Positions 18,362 to 26,731 of a stretch of 64,000 bases of DNA are shown here, one piece after another. The notes beneath the pieces are model-generated. The model was not told where the DNA came from, ran no database searches, and saw only the letters and a program-made list of their open reading frames with translations. A program made the position numbers and the translations under genes. This stretch comes from an uncultured Verrucomicrobia subdivision 3 bacterium (lineage in GTDB: Bacteria; Verrucomicrobiota; Verrucomicrobiia; Limisphaerales; UBA11358): positions 5,835 to 69,834 of the forward strand of contig CAIZWI010000183.1 of the NCBI GenBank assembly GCA_903936645.1. Direction: 5' to 3'. The first letter of the stretch is position 1, and each line of letters opens with the position of its first letter.

Positions 18362-19258
18362 ATGAAATTCATCATTTCTGGCTTGTTACGGGTTGTTTCG
18401 GGAACCTGCCCCCGCCGCTCAAGGCTGGCTTCGTTGAGCCTTTATGCTTTGGCGTTTGGCCTGCTCACGGCCACCCGCGCCGTCGCCTTCCCGCCGGCAC
18501 CGGCGGGTATTATCTATGGCATGGTGAAAGACCAGTACGGCACGCCTTTGAGCGCGGCTGGCAATCAGGTAATTCTACGCACGCCAGGTGGCGTGCAAGT
18601 GGCTGGTAATATCCAGCCTGGCCTCGCCATTGGCGTCAATTACCTGGTAAATGTGCCCATGGACGCCGCCACCAGCGGTGGACCTTATAAAACCACCGCG
18701 CTCGTGGCTGGTGCCCAATATAAACTCTACGTGGTGGTGGGCAATTCCACCAATCTGCCCATGGAAATGACCGGGGCCAATTCGGTTCTGGGCATTCCCG
18801 CCGCGCTCACTCACCAGGACCTTACCATTGGCACGGATGCCAATGGCGATGGCATCCCCGATGCCTGGGAAACGGTTTTCTTATCGGAAGTGGGCGCCAA
18901 CCTTGCCCTGTCGCAAATCAATCCCAACGCTGATTACGCCCACAACGGCCGCAGTCTCAAGCAAGAATACTTGCTTGGCAATTACCCCTTCAATCCCGGG
19001 GATAATTTCAGTGTGCAAATTCTCGGGCAGACAGGCGGTTCCGCGCTGCTCGCCTTCACCGCCATGACCGGCCGTACGTACAGTGTAAACGCCTCCAGTG
19101 ATTTGCAAACGTGGACACCCGTTTCGTTTACAGTTCCGGCGGCGGGTTCTGCCACCATGACTTCTTTCTACTCCTCGAAAGTACAGCCCATCCAGCTTCA
19201 GACCCTTCAGCCCACCAGTGGTCCTACGATGCAATTCTTCCGGCTGCAACTGCAATAA
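18362..19258 (+). CDS. Exported protein with CarboxypepD_reg-like beta-sandwich, DANGDGIPDAWE Ca-binding-like motif and C-terminal 'FYRL-type' beta domain (operon gene 4)
   Basis: Hydrophobic N-terminal segment. Motifs GIIYGMVKDQYGTPLSAAGNQVILRT and GTDANGDGIPDAWE. The C-terminus reads RTYSVNASSDLQTWTPV...MQFFRLQLQ. It starts 18 nt after gene 3. Confidence 0.75.
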   Translation: MKFIISGLLRVVSGTCPRRSRLASLSLYALAFGLLTATRAVAFPPAPAGIIYGMVKDQYGTPLSAAGNQVILRTPGGVQVAGNIQPGLAIGVNYLVNVPMDAATSGGPYKTTALVAGAQYKLYVVVGNSTNLPMEMTGANSVLGIPAALTHQDLTIGTDANGDGIPDAWETVFLSEVGANLALSQINPNADYAHNGRSLKQEYLLGNYPFNPGDNFSVQILGQTGGSALLAFTAMTGRTYSVNASSDLQTWTPVSFTVPAAGSATMTSFYSSKVQPIQLQTLQPTSGPTMQFFRLQLQ

Positions 19259-19261
19259 TCG

Positions 19262-19888
19262 TTGCCTGTTCTTATTAAAACTTCCTCCTCAAAATTACGG
19301 CCGGTCTTTGTGCCTCTGGTGCTGAGCCTTGGCATCATGCTGGCCCTCGTGCCCAGTTGGCGTCACCAACGGCCGGTGCTCGCCGGCACGCCGGTAGTCG
19401 AGCTTTCCCGCACGAATTTGACCCGTCAGCACGACCAGTGGTACCAATTGGGTCGTACGAATCCGTTTACCGGTGTCATGCTGGAATTTTATCCCGGCGG
19501 CATGCCCATGTCCCGTTCGGTTATATCCAATGGGCTCCTCAACGGGTTATCGCAGGGGTGGTTTACCAACGGGCAAATCCAGATTTCGGAAACCTACCGC
19601 GATAACTTTTCCGACGGCTTGCGGACCAAGTGGTATCCCAACGGGCAAAAGCTTTCAGAAGCCCCGATTGTGCACGGTAAAATCGAAGGCCTCTTCCGGC
19701 ACTGGCACCAGAATGGCGCGCTGGCTGAGGAGATTCCCATGCATAACGGCCAGCCCAACGGGGTGGGCCGGTCCTGGTATCTTAGCGGTTATTTGCAGGC
19801 CGAAGTGGAATTGCGTGACGGCAAGCTGATCAACCAAAAAAAGTGGGCGGATGGCGAACACAAGGCCTCATCCCCGAACCAATCCTAA
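19262..19888 (+). CDS. Membrane-anchored MORN-variant repeat protein (YwqK-like) (operon gene 5)
   Basis: N-terminal TM segment VFVPLVLSLGIMLALV. Repeats of the type WYPNGQKLSEAPIVHGKIEGLFRHWHQNGALAEEIPMHNGQPNGVGRSWYLSGY. A TTG start at 19262 is inferred, 3 nt after the gene 4 stop. Confidence 0.7.
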   Translation: MPVLIKTSSSKLRPVFVPLVLSLGIMLALVPSWRHQRPVLAGTPVVELSRTNLTRQHDQWYQLGRTNPFTGVMLEFYPGGMPMSRSVISNGLLNGLSQGWFTNGQIQISETYRDNFSDGLRTKWYPNGQKLSEAPIVHGKIEGLFRHWHQNGALAEEIPMHNGQPNGVGRSWYLSGYLQAEVELRDGKLINQKKWADGEHKASSPNQS

Positions 19889-19915
19889 GGGGGCCATTGC
19901 TAACTATTTCCAACG

Positions 19916-21799
19916 ATGAGACTCTTTCATAAGCCATTAATACTGATGCTGGCGCTGGGGTGTGTCAGCCTCCCCGCCGGCCGGGTGGCGGCCCAGGGCA
20001 CGGCCTTTAACTACCAGGGGTTCTTAAATACCGCCGGCACCCCCGCCAACGGTTCGTTCGGGGTTTCTTTCACGCTTTACCCCACTGCCACCAACGGCAC
20101 CCGTATCTCGGGCACTACCAATTCGGCCGTGCTCTTTACCAACGGACTCTTTGCCACCACGGTCGATTTTGGTCCCGGCATTTTCACCGGGGCCAGTTAC
20201 TGGCTCGAGGTGGCGGTGCAAACCAATGCTGGCGGGGCTTATTATCTGCTGCCGCCCCGGCAGCTCATCACCCCCACACCCTATGCGCTTTACGCCACCA
20301 CCGCTGCTAGTGCGACCGTGGCCGGCCTGGCCAGCAATGTGGTGCCGGGTTTGAACATCGCCAACGCCGTGATCACCAGCTCCAGTTTCGCCGGCAACGG
20401 TGCTGGCCTGACGAATCTGGTATATGCCAACCTGACGGGCGCGCCGCTAATTCCCGCCACCAATGGCTTCGTCACCAGCGCCGTGACCAATGGCCTGGCG
20501 ACCACGAATTTTGTGTTGGGCTTCTTCGGCAACTCCCTTACGTGGACGACCATTCCGCCCTATACCAACTCCAGCTTGTCCTTTGCTCCCGCGGCCACCT
20601 TGCCCGCCGGGCATTATCCCGAGGCGGTGGTCGCGGCGGATGTTAACCTGGATGGCAGCCTGGATTTGGTGGCAGCCAACAGCGGCAGCGGCTCCTTGAC
20701 AGTTTTTACCAACAATACTCATGGTAGTTTTGGCAGCAACGCCACGATTCCCGTGGGCAGCCAGCCGATGGCCCTGGCGACGGCGGATATTAACGGCGAT
20801 GGCGCTGCCGACCTTGCCTGTGTCAATTGGGGGGATAATACCTTGCAGGTGCTCACCAACAATGGCACCGGTCGACTGGGCAGCCAGGTGCCGCTCCCCA
20901 CGGGCAACCAGCCCGTCGCCCTGATCACCGCGGATGTGAACCGCGATGGCAAACCGGATTTTATTACCGTGAATTATGGGGACAATACGCTCAGTGTTTT
21001 CACCAACAACGGGTCTGGCATCATGGGTGGCAACGCCACCTGCGCCGTGGGGAACAACCCCCTTGCCATTGCCGCCGGCGATCTGAACGGGGATGGCTGG
21101 GTGGACCTGGTCGTGGCCAATTCCGGGGACGGCACAGTGACCGTCCTGACCAACAACCGCGCTGGAGGCTTCTTGCTGGCGGCCACCTTAACTGCCGGTG
21201 GCGCGCCCTCGGCTGTGGCCCTGGTAAATGTCTATGGGAATGGCCAGCCCGCGCTGGTCGCCGCCAATTATAACGACAACACCCTGACCCTATTTACGAA
21301 CAATGGTGCAGGCGGCTTTGGCCGCGAAACCACCCTCGCCGTGGGCTCCGGACCGGCCGCCCTTGCGACCGCCGATGTGAATTTGGACGGCTATACGGAT
21401 TTGATCGTGGCCGACAAAGCCGCCAATACCTTGAATGTGTTGCTCAACAATTATAACGGATCCTTTGTCTGGGTCACCAATCTGACGGTGGGAAGCTATC
21501 CCAGCGCCCTGGTGGCGGCGGATTTAAACGGGGATGGCCAGCCGGATCTCGCCAGCGCCAACCAGAACAGCTTCTCCCTGACGGTGCTGACCAACGCCTC
21601 CACGGTGGCAATAAGCGCCCAGGCCAGCGGACCGGTGGCTAATTTTAATGGCAACTTTAATGGCAGCGGCACTGGTCTGACCAATGTGTCCGCCAGTGCC
21701 ATCACAGGTGGTCTGACCACGAATTTGCCCGTGACCGTGCCGGGCGGGAAGACCAACATGCTGGTTTTCCAAAATGGCATTCTGGTGCAAATCAAATGA
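19916..21799 (+). CDS. Exported protein with a tail-fibre-like N-terminal module fused to an FG-GAP/VCBS beta-propeller (operon gene 6)
   Basis: Signal peptide, then an N-module FNYQGFLNTAGTPANG...YWLEVAVQT...PRQLITPTPYALYA that parallels gene 2. At least 7 repeats of the type VNLDGSLDLVAANSGSGSLTVFTNN / INGDGAADLACVNWGDNTLQVLTNN. Confidence 0.85.
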   Translation: MRLFHKPLILMLALGCVSLPAGRVAAQGTAFNYQGFLNTAGTPANGSFGVSFTLYPTATNGTRISGTTNSAVLFTNGLFATTVDFGPGIFTGASYWLEVAVQTNAGGAYYLLPPRQLITPTPYALYATTAASATVAGLASNVVPGLNIANAVITSSSFAGNGAGLTNLVYANLTGAPLIPATNGFVTSAVTNGLATTNFVLGFFGNSLTWTTIPPYTNSSLSFAPAATLPAGHYPEAVVAADVNLDGSLDLVAANSGSGSLTVFTNNTHGSFGSNATIPVGSQPMALATADINGDGAADLACVNWGDNTLQVLTNNGTGRLGSQVPLPTGNQPVALITADVNRDGKPDFITVNYGDNTLSVFTNNGSGIMGGNATCAVGNNPLAIAAGDLNGDGWVDLVVANSGDGTVTVLTNNRAGGFLLAATLTAGGAPSAVALVNVYGNGQPALVAANYNDNTLTLFTNNGAGGFGRETTLAVGSGPAALATADVNLDGYTDLIVADKAANTLNVLLNNYNGSFVWVTNLTVGSYPSALVAADLNGDGQPDLASANQNSFSLTVLTNASTVAISAQASGPVANFNGNFNGSGTGLTNVSASAITGGLTTNLPVTVPGGKTNMLVFQNGILVQIK

Positions 21800-22842
21800 G
21801 ACGCACGCTCTGCCTGGCCGGTTTGCTGCTGCTGCTCCTACCCCGGCTTGGGCTGGCCCAAGTAGTACTGCTGCACTCCGTCATCGCCGGGGGGGGCGGC
21901 CTGAGCCAGACGGCGGTAATGCAGGCCGGAGGCACCTTGGGCCAGCCGGTGGCCGGCGGCGTGAATCCACTGATTGCCGGGTTTTGGAACCAAAATCCGG
22001 TCCGCTCTAACGTCCCCGTCCCGGCGCTGATTTTGACCAGTAGTGCCAATCCGGGCGGTTATCTGGCCAGCCTGGTATTTACCGCCACGGTGCAGACCAA
22101 CGGACAAACTGCCGCCAATGCCACCGGCGTCATGGTGTTTTTAACCAACGGGGTGCCCTTCAGCACCAACCTGCTCGCGGGCGGCAGTGCCGCCAGTCCG
22201 GCCGTCAATCAACTACCCCGGGCCGCTACCAACCGGGTACAGGCCAGTTACCGTGGTGATCTGAACTATGCCGCCACCACGGCCAGCCTCATTCAAGTGG
22301 TGACCAACCATCCGCCAGTGGCCGCACCGGTCAACCTTACCCGCACGGCGGGGCTGAATCTGATTATCTATTGGTCGCAACTCACCAATGCGTGGTCCGA
22401 TCCCGACGGCGACGCCGTGACTCTGGCCGGGCTCAACCTGGTCACGGCCAACAGCGTGACCGTGCGGACCAACGGTGTGGTGATCCTTTACCCTAATCCG
22501 GCCAGTTTGAATTTGAGTGACCAAATAACGTATGCCATTACCGACGGGCAAGGCGGGACCAACACTGGGTTAATCCAAATCACCACCACCCCCTTTGTGG
22601 CAGGCCAGCAAACTGCGGGCATTCAGGTCAGTGGCGGGGTGGTCACGGCCAGCTTTCTCGGCATTCCGGGCTACGTTTACGAGACGCAACGCAGCACCAA
22701 TTTAAGTCAGGATTTGGGTTGGGTAAACATTGCCACCAACACCGTCGGTGCCAGCGGCCAGTTTCATATCAGCGATAGTTTCCCTGATTTGGGGGGCCAA
22801 ACCCCCGGCACTGCCTATTATCGCCTGGCCTGGCATCCCTAG
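21796..22842 (+). CDS. Exported protein with bacterial Ig-like and cadherin-like domains and a C-terminal 'FYRL-type' domain (operon gene 7)
   Basis: ATGA start/stop overlap with gene 6. Big_3-like segment (LVFTATVQTNGQTAANATGVMVFLTNG...ASYRGDLNYAATTASL). Cadherin-like segment (WSDPDGDAVTLAG...ITYAITDGQGGTNTGLIQI). The C-terminus reads YVYETQRSTNLSQDLGWVNI...AYYRLAWHP. Confidence 0.8.
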   Translation: MRRTLCLAGLLLLLLPRLGLAQVVLLHSVIAGGGGLSQTAVMQAGGTLGQPVAGGVNPLIAGFWNQNPVRSNVPVPALILTSSANPGGYLASLVFTATVQTNGQTAANATGVMVFLTNGVPFSTNLLAGGSAASPAVNQLPRAATNRVQASYRGDLNYAATTASLIQVVTNHPPVAAPVNLTRTAGLNLIIYWSQLTNAWSDPDGDAVTLAGLNLVTANSVTVRTNGVVILYPNPASLNLSDQITYAITDGQGGTNTGLIQITTTPFVAGQQTAGIQVSGGVVTASFLGIPGYVYETQRSTNLSQDLGWVNIATNTVGASGQFHISDSFPDLGGQTPGTAYYRLAWHP

Positions 22843-22853
22843 GCTTCATACCC

Positions 22854-23627
22854 ATGACCTATCCACGCCTTCCCAGGAAGCTCTCGCTCATCTTGGTCTT
22901 GTCGCTCATGACCCTCCCGACGTGGGGCGCGATCGAACTGAGCCAGTCCTTTACCGCGGACCAGACCATTCCCGAGGGCAATCCCACCGGCCTGACCGCC
23001 AAGGGTTTTTTTACTCAAACCATCATTGATCCGCGCGCGAACCAGGTCGCGTCCATCTCCCTGGGCATTCAGCTAACGGGCGGTTACAACGGATCCTTGT
23101 TTGGATTTTTAGTGGCCCCGAACGGTCGCATGGTTACCCTTATGGACCGGCCAGGCACGGCGGCCGATGGCTTTGGAGCAGCTTCATCCGGGATGAATAT
23201 CACCCTGGCCGACAATGCCACCGTCAATATCCAGTCCGTCACCGACGGCTATGGGACCACCCTGACTGGCAACTACCAGCCCAAAAACCCAATGGGCACG
23301 CTGGGCTGCACCCCGGATAATTTAACTGGCAACTGGCAACTGTTCCTGGCCTCCACCATGAGTGGCGGTGGTAACGCCACCTTAAAAAGCTGGACACTGG
23401 ACATCCATCTGGTTTCCCCTGTGCCGGAACCTGGCAGTTTTTATGCCGCCCTGGCCCTGCTCCTCCTGCTCCTGGCCACCCAGCTCCTGCGCCAGATGGA
23501 CCCTCGCCGCCTGCTTTGCCGACCCGTCCCGCAAGCACGATGGCCCAGGAACCGTCCCGCCGCCAGATATGCGGTCGCGGATTTGCTTGCCCGCCAGCGC
23601 GAACCGGGCATAATCATGCTTAGATGA
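22854..23627 (+). CDS. Proprotein-convertase P-domain protein with PEP-CTERM anchor (operon gene 8)
   Basis: Signal peptide. P-domain pattern (IPEGNPTGLT...ISLGIQLTGGYNGSLFGFLVAPNGRMVTLMDRPG...GNWQLFLASTMSGGGNATLKSWTLDI). VPEP at 23421-23432, followed by the TM segment ALALLLLLLATQLL and a basic residue cluster. An unusual ~40-aa tail follows the anchor. Confidence 0.8.
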   Translation: MTYPRLPRKLSLILVLSLMTLPTWGAIELSQSFTADQTIPEGNPTGLTAKGFFTQTIIDPRANQVASISLGIQLTGGYNGSLFGFLVAPNGRMVTLMDRPGTAADGFGAASSGMNITLADNATVNIQSVTDGYGTTLTGNYQPKNPMGTLGCTPDNLTGNWQLFLASTMSGGGNATLKSWTLDIHLVSPVPEPGSFYAALALLLLLLATQLLRQMDPRRLLCRPVPQARWPRNRPAARYAVADLLARQREPGIIMLR

Positions 23628-23681
23628 TCTTGATCGGTTTACCCGTCCACCGGACACACCGCCTCATCATCTCAACGCGAT

Positions 23682-23758
23682 GCGCGCGTAGCTCAACTGG
23701 ATAGAGCGTCGGTCTCCGAAGCCGAAGGTTGTGGGTTCAACTCCCGCCGCGCGCACCA
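23682..23758 (+). tRNA. tRNA-Arg (anticodon CCG), with encoded CCA
   Basis: Manual cloverleaf. Acceptor stem GCGCGCG/CGCGCGC. D arm GCTC-AACTGGATA-GAGC. Anticodon stem TCGGT/GCCGA with loop CTCCGAA (anticodon CCG). T arm GTGGG-TTCAACT-CCCGC. Discriminator A, then CCA at 23756-23758. Confidence 0.9.
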
Positions 23759-23765
23759 TTGTTTA

Positions 23766-26543
23766 TCACCGCTTTTCCGCGAATCCCGCGTACGGAGCCA
23801 CTTCAGCCGCGCTCAATACCGCACCTTTGCCCAGGGGACGCAGACAGAGGGTCAGCACGTTTTTCTCGCCGGGCCCCGTTTTCATCCAGCATTCCGGGAG
23901 ATAGAATTTCCGTTGTGGCCCCGCCTCCCAATAACGGCCCAAGGGATGATCGTTCAAGTAAATCCAGCCGTTGCCCGAGGCGGCCAGCACCACGCCCCAG
24001 GGAGCCCAGGTATTGGGTGCGGCGGCGGGCAGGGTGAATTCCAGGCGATACCAAGTGGCCAGGTCGGTGGCCGGGCCGGCCGGCATGTCGCCTTGTTTGA
24101 CCGCGAGGGGGTTGGTCACATCCAGGGGAACGGTGGTCCAGCCGCTGGGGACGTTCGCGGGGGAATACCATTGGGCGGCCACGCCATCCAGTTGCGGGGC
24201 GAGCTCCCAGCTCAGGGCCAGATGGGTGACGGGTTGGGCATACAACCGTGCGGGCTTGGTGAGGCCGCCCATGCCATCCTTGTTGGTGACAATCACGGCG
24301 ATCACATTGCGCCCCACTTTCAGATTTGCGGTGACGTCCTTTTCAAAGGGCTCGGACCAGTCGCTGGATTGACCAACCGCCTGGCCGTTCACATAGACCG
24401 TGCCGGTATCATCAATCGAATCAAATCGCAACCGGGTGTTGGGGGCCAGATCAGCCGCCGTCAATTCGATGGTGGTGCGGAATACTGCCGTGGCTTGGTG
24501 GTCATCCAGCACATGTCCCGCTGCGCCTTTGATATCCTGGCGCAAGGTAAATTTGCCCCAGCTGGAATCATCCACGTCCACTCCGGTGAGCGACACCCCA
24601 TCGTCATTTACCAAATGCGAGCGCCAGTTCACGAGCGGCTGCCCGGCCGGAATGGCATTGCACAATTGACCGGAGACCAGCCCGGCCAGCTCTTCCATGC
24701 CCTTGCCACCATTGCTTTGCCCGGCATTTTCATAAAGCAGCACAATGTCATTGTCCCCCGGGTGCAAGTACCCGGCCAGGTTCAGCACCAGGTTTTTTTG
24801 GTTTTGGGCGGCGCGCTTTAACAGGGCGCCATTTTCCGCGTCGAAATTCTTTTGGCGGCCGCCGGCGGGATCGTTTTGCAACAACCGCCCATTTACCGAT
24901 ACCACCACATTGTCCGCCCGGAACAGGCTGAGTTGGAGCGCCGGCAGATGGGTCAATTGCTCCGCAGTCAGGCTGAAGTGCGTGCGGTAGAGCACGAAAC
25001 GGGTGTCCAAGATGCCCAGGCTGGGGAGCGAATCCCCGTCTTTGACAGGCTGCCAGCCCTGGCTGGCCGTTTCGGGATGGGTCAGGGCACTGGCAATCCG
25101 CACCGGGGCGGGATCTGCCGGACGTTCCGGTGGCGTGACCGGCTGCGGCTGCCATTCGCCGGAGGGCAGGCAGAGCACCTTCATGCCGAACGGCTCGAGG
25201 TTGTATTTCACGGGAATGGGATCGCCGCTGTCGGGTTTCAATACGACTTCACCCTGCCGGGGGGCTGAGCGGTCGGAATTGAAACAGAAGACAAAGGTCT
25301 GGCCGTTGGGATTGCGCCGGACCAGGAAATCCAGATTCTTATCGGTGGCATCCCACGTGCAATTCACGAGATCGGAACGGGCGATGGCCGGACCGTACTT
25401 TTTCACCAGGTTGCCAATGGCCGCCACGGCGTAATAACGGTCGCCCACACCGCCGTGCTCGCGGATGGGGGCGTTGTAATCATAAGAGGTGGTGAGGGAA
25501 CGCGCACCCCAGCCATCCACATGAATGCCGCCGTGCAGCATGTAATAACTGGTGATGGTGGCGCCGCCGGCATACGCCATGAGCGTCACGCCATTGATCT
25601 CCGCGGCGGTTACGCCATCTTGATCCTCGCTCAGCACCCCGCCGATCTGGGAAAACCAGCCACCCTGCAACTCGGGAACCATGCCCGGGGCATTCGGTTG
25701 CGCATTTTTGGCTTTGAGCACGTCGCGGTAGACATTTTTTACGTTCCAGCGCGGATATTCATTAGGCCCGTCAAACACCTGGCTGAGCAGGGGATCCGTG
25801 CTGCCGCGAATTTCCTTGGTCCAGCACGTCATGATGGGCACTTCAATGCCGTCGGCCTTGGCGTATTGATAGAGGGCGCGCAGATGGTTTTCTTTGGCCT
25901 CGCGGCTGCCCACGTTGAAATCGTATTCATTTTCGATCTGAAAGAGGATGATGCCGTGGGCACCTTTCGACTTGTGGGTAAGCTGTTCTGCGGCCAGCAC
26001 CGGGCAGACCGCGTCGTACCAATGCTTGGACCAGGCGAGGTAAGTGGCGTCATCCGAGCGCAGCCACATGTCCGGGCGCCGGGGTTGCGCGGGCTTGAAA
26101 TTCAGGAGCCAGCGGGGATAGCCCCCGCCATCCCATTCCGCGCAGATGTACGGACCCGGCCGGATGATCACATACAGGCCAAACTCATCCTCCGCCATTT
26201 TGAGCCAGTCTTTGAGATCCGTCAGGTCCACCTTGGAGAAATCATCCAGGCCCGCCGGCTGGGCACGTTCGTGCCAGTTCCAGGGCACATACGATTCCAC
26301 CGCATTAAAGCCCGCTGCCTTGATCTTTTGAAACCGGCTGCGCCAGAGTTCCTTGGGACACCGGAAATAGTGGAAGGCACCGCTGAAAATTAGCGTGTCC
26401 TGGCCGTCAATCGTGAGGCAATGGCCGTCGTAATGGATGCGGTCCGGCTGGGCGAATTGCTTGGGCGGCCGTTCCTCGGCGGCACTGGCCAGGCCGGCGA
26501 GGATTAAATTCAGACCAAGCAGCAGGGTCAGGGCATTTTTCAT
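23766..26543 (-). CDS. Secreted beta-galactosidase, glycoside hydrolase family 35
   Basis: Signal peptide MKNALTLLLGLNLILAGLASA. GH35 N-terminal signature FHYFRCPKELWRSRFQKIKAAGFNAVESYVPWNWHE and catalytic-region motif FQIENEYD. Long beta-sandwich C-terminal part. Confidence 0.85.
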   Translation of the reverse strand: MKNALTLLLGLNLILAGLASAAEERPPKQFAQPDRIHYDGHCLTIDGQDTLIFSGAFHYFRCPKELWRSRFQKIKAAGFNAVESYVPWNWHERAQPAGLDDFSKVDLTDLKDWLKMAEDEFGLYVIIRPGPYICAEWDGGGYPRWLLNFKPAQPRRPDMWLRSDDATYLAWSKHWYDAVCPVLAAEQLTHKSKGAHGIILFQIENEYDFNVGSREAKENHLRALYQYAKADGIEVPIMTCWTKEIRGSTDPLLSQVFDGPNEYPRWNVKNVYRDVLKAKNAQPNAPGMVPELQGGWFSQIGGVLSEDQDGVTAAEINGVTLMAYAGGATITSYYMLHGGIHVDGWGARSLTTSYDYNAPIREHGGVGDRYYAVAAIGNLVKKYGPAIARSDLVNCTWDATDKNLDFLVRRNPNGQTFVFCFNSDRSAPRQGEVVLKPDSGDPIPVKYNLEPFGMKVLCLPSGEWQPQPVTPPERPADPAPVRIASALTHPETASQGWQPVKDGDSLPSLGILDTRFVLYRTHFSLTAEQLTHLPALQLSLFRADNVVVSVNGRLLQNDPAGGRQKNFDAENGALLKRAAQNQKNLVLNLAGYLHPGDNDIVLLYENAGQSNGGKGMEELAGLVSGQLCNAIPAGQPLVNWRSHLVNDDGVSLTGVDVDDSSWGKFTLRQDIKGAAGHVLDDHQATAVFRTTIELTAADLAPNTRLRFDSIDDTGTVYVNGQAVGQSSDWSEPFEKDVTANLKVGRNVIAVIVTNKDGMGGLTKPARLYAQPVTHLALSWELAPQLDGVAAQWYSPANVPSGWTTVPLDVTNPLAVKQGDMPAGPATDLATWYRLEFTLPAAAPNTWAPWGVVLAASGNGWIYLNDHPLGRYWEAGPQRKFYLPECWMKTGPGEKNVLTLCLRPLGKGAVLSAAEVAPYAGFAEKR

Positions 26544-26617
26544 GGTAATTTTACAATGGTAATTGCTGGGAACACATCATAGGCTGGCGGCCTGGAATTG
26601 TCCAGCCGGCGACCAGG

Positions 26618-26731
26618 GTGCCGGCCTCTTTCCCAACGAGGCCTCCCAGCTGCGCCTCCTCAGGGCGATCCTGGCCGAGACCAGTGATGAATGGGAAATT
26701 GGAAATATTTACCTCAACATGGATTCCTAAA
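26618..26731 (+). pseudogene. Relic 3' end of an IS256-family (mutator-type) transposase gene
   Basis: In-frame translation GAGLFPNEASQLRLLRAILAETSDEWEIGNIYLNMDS*, with stop at 26729-26731. This matches the conserved C-terminal pattern of IS256 transposases as I remember it (FPNEAS.LRL....L.E..EEW......YL.M). An in-frame stop lies only ~20 codons upstream, and no catalytic part is present. Confidence 0.6.

Noticed and set aside
23628-26543. tRNA-Arg as the attachment site of an integrated genomic island.
   Set aside because: There is no integrase and I could spot no direct repeat of the tRNA 3' end. Flanking genes on the other side are ordinary (GH35). The idea is kept only as a minor remark in one finding.
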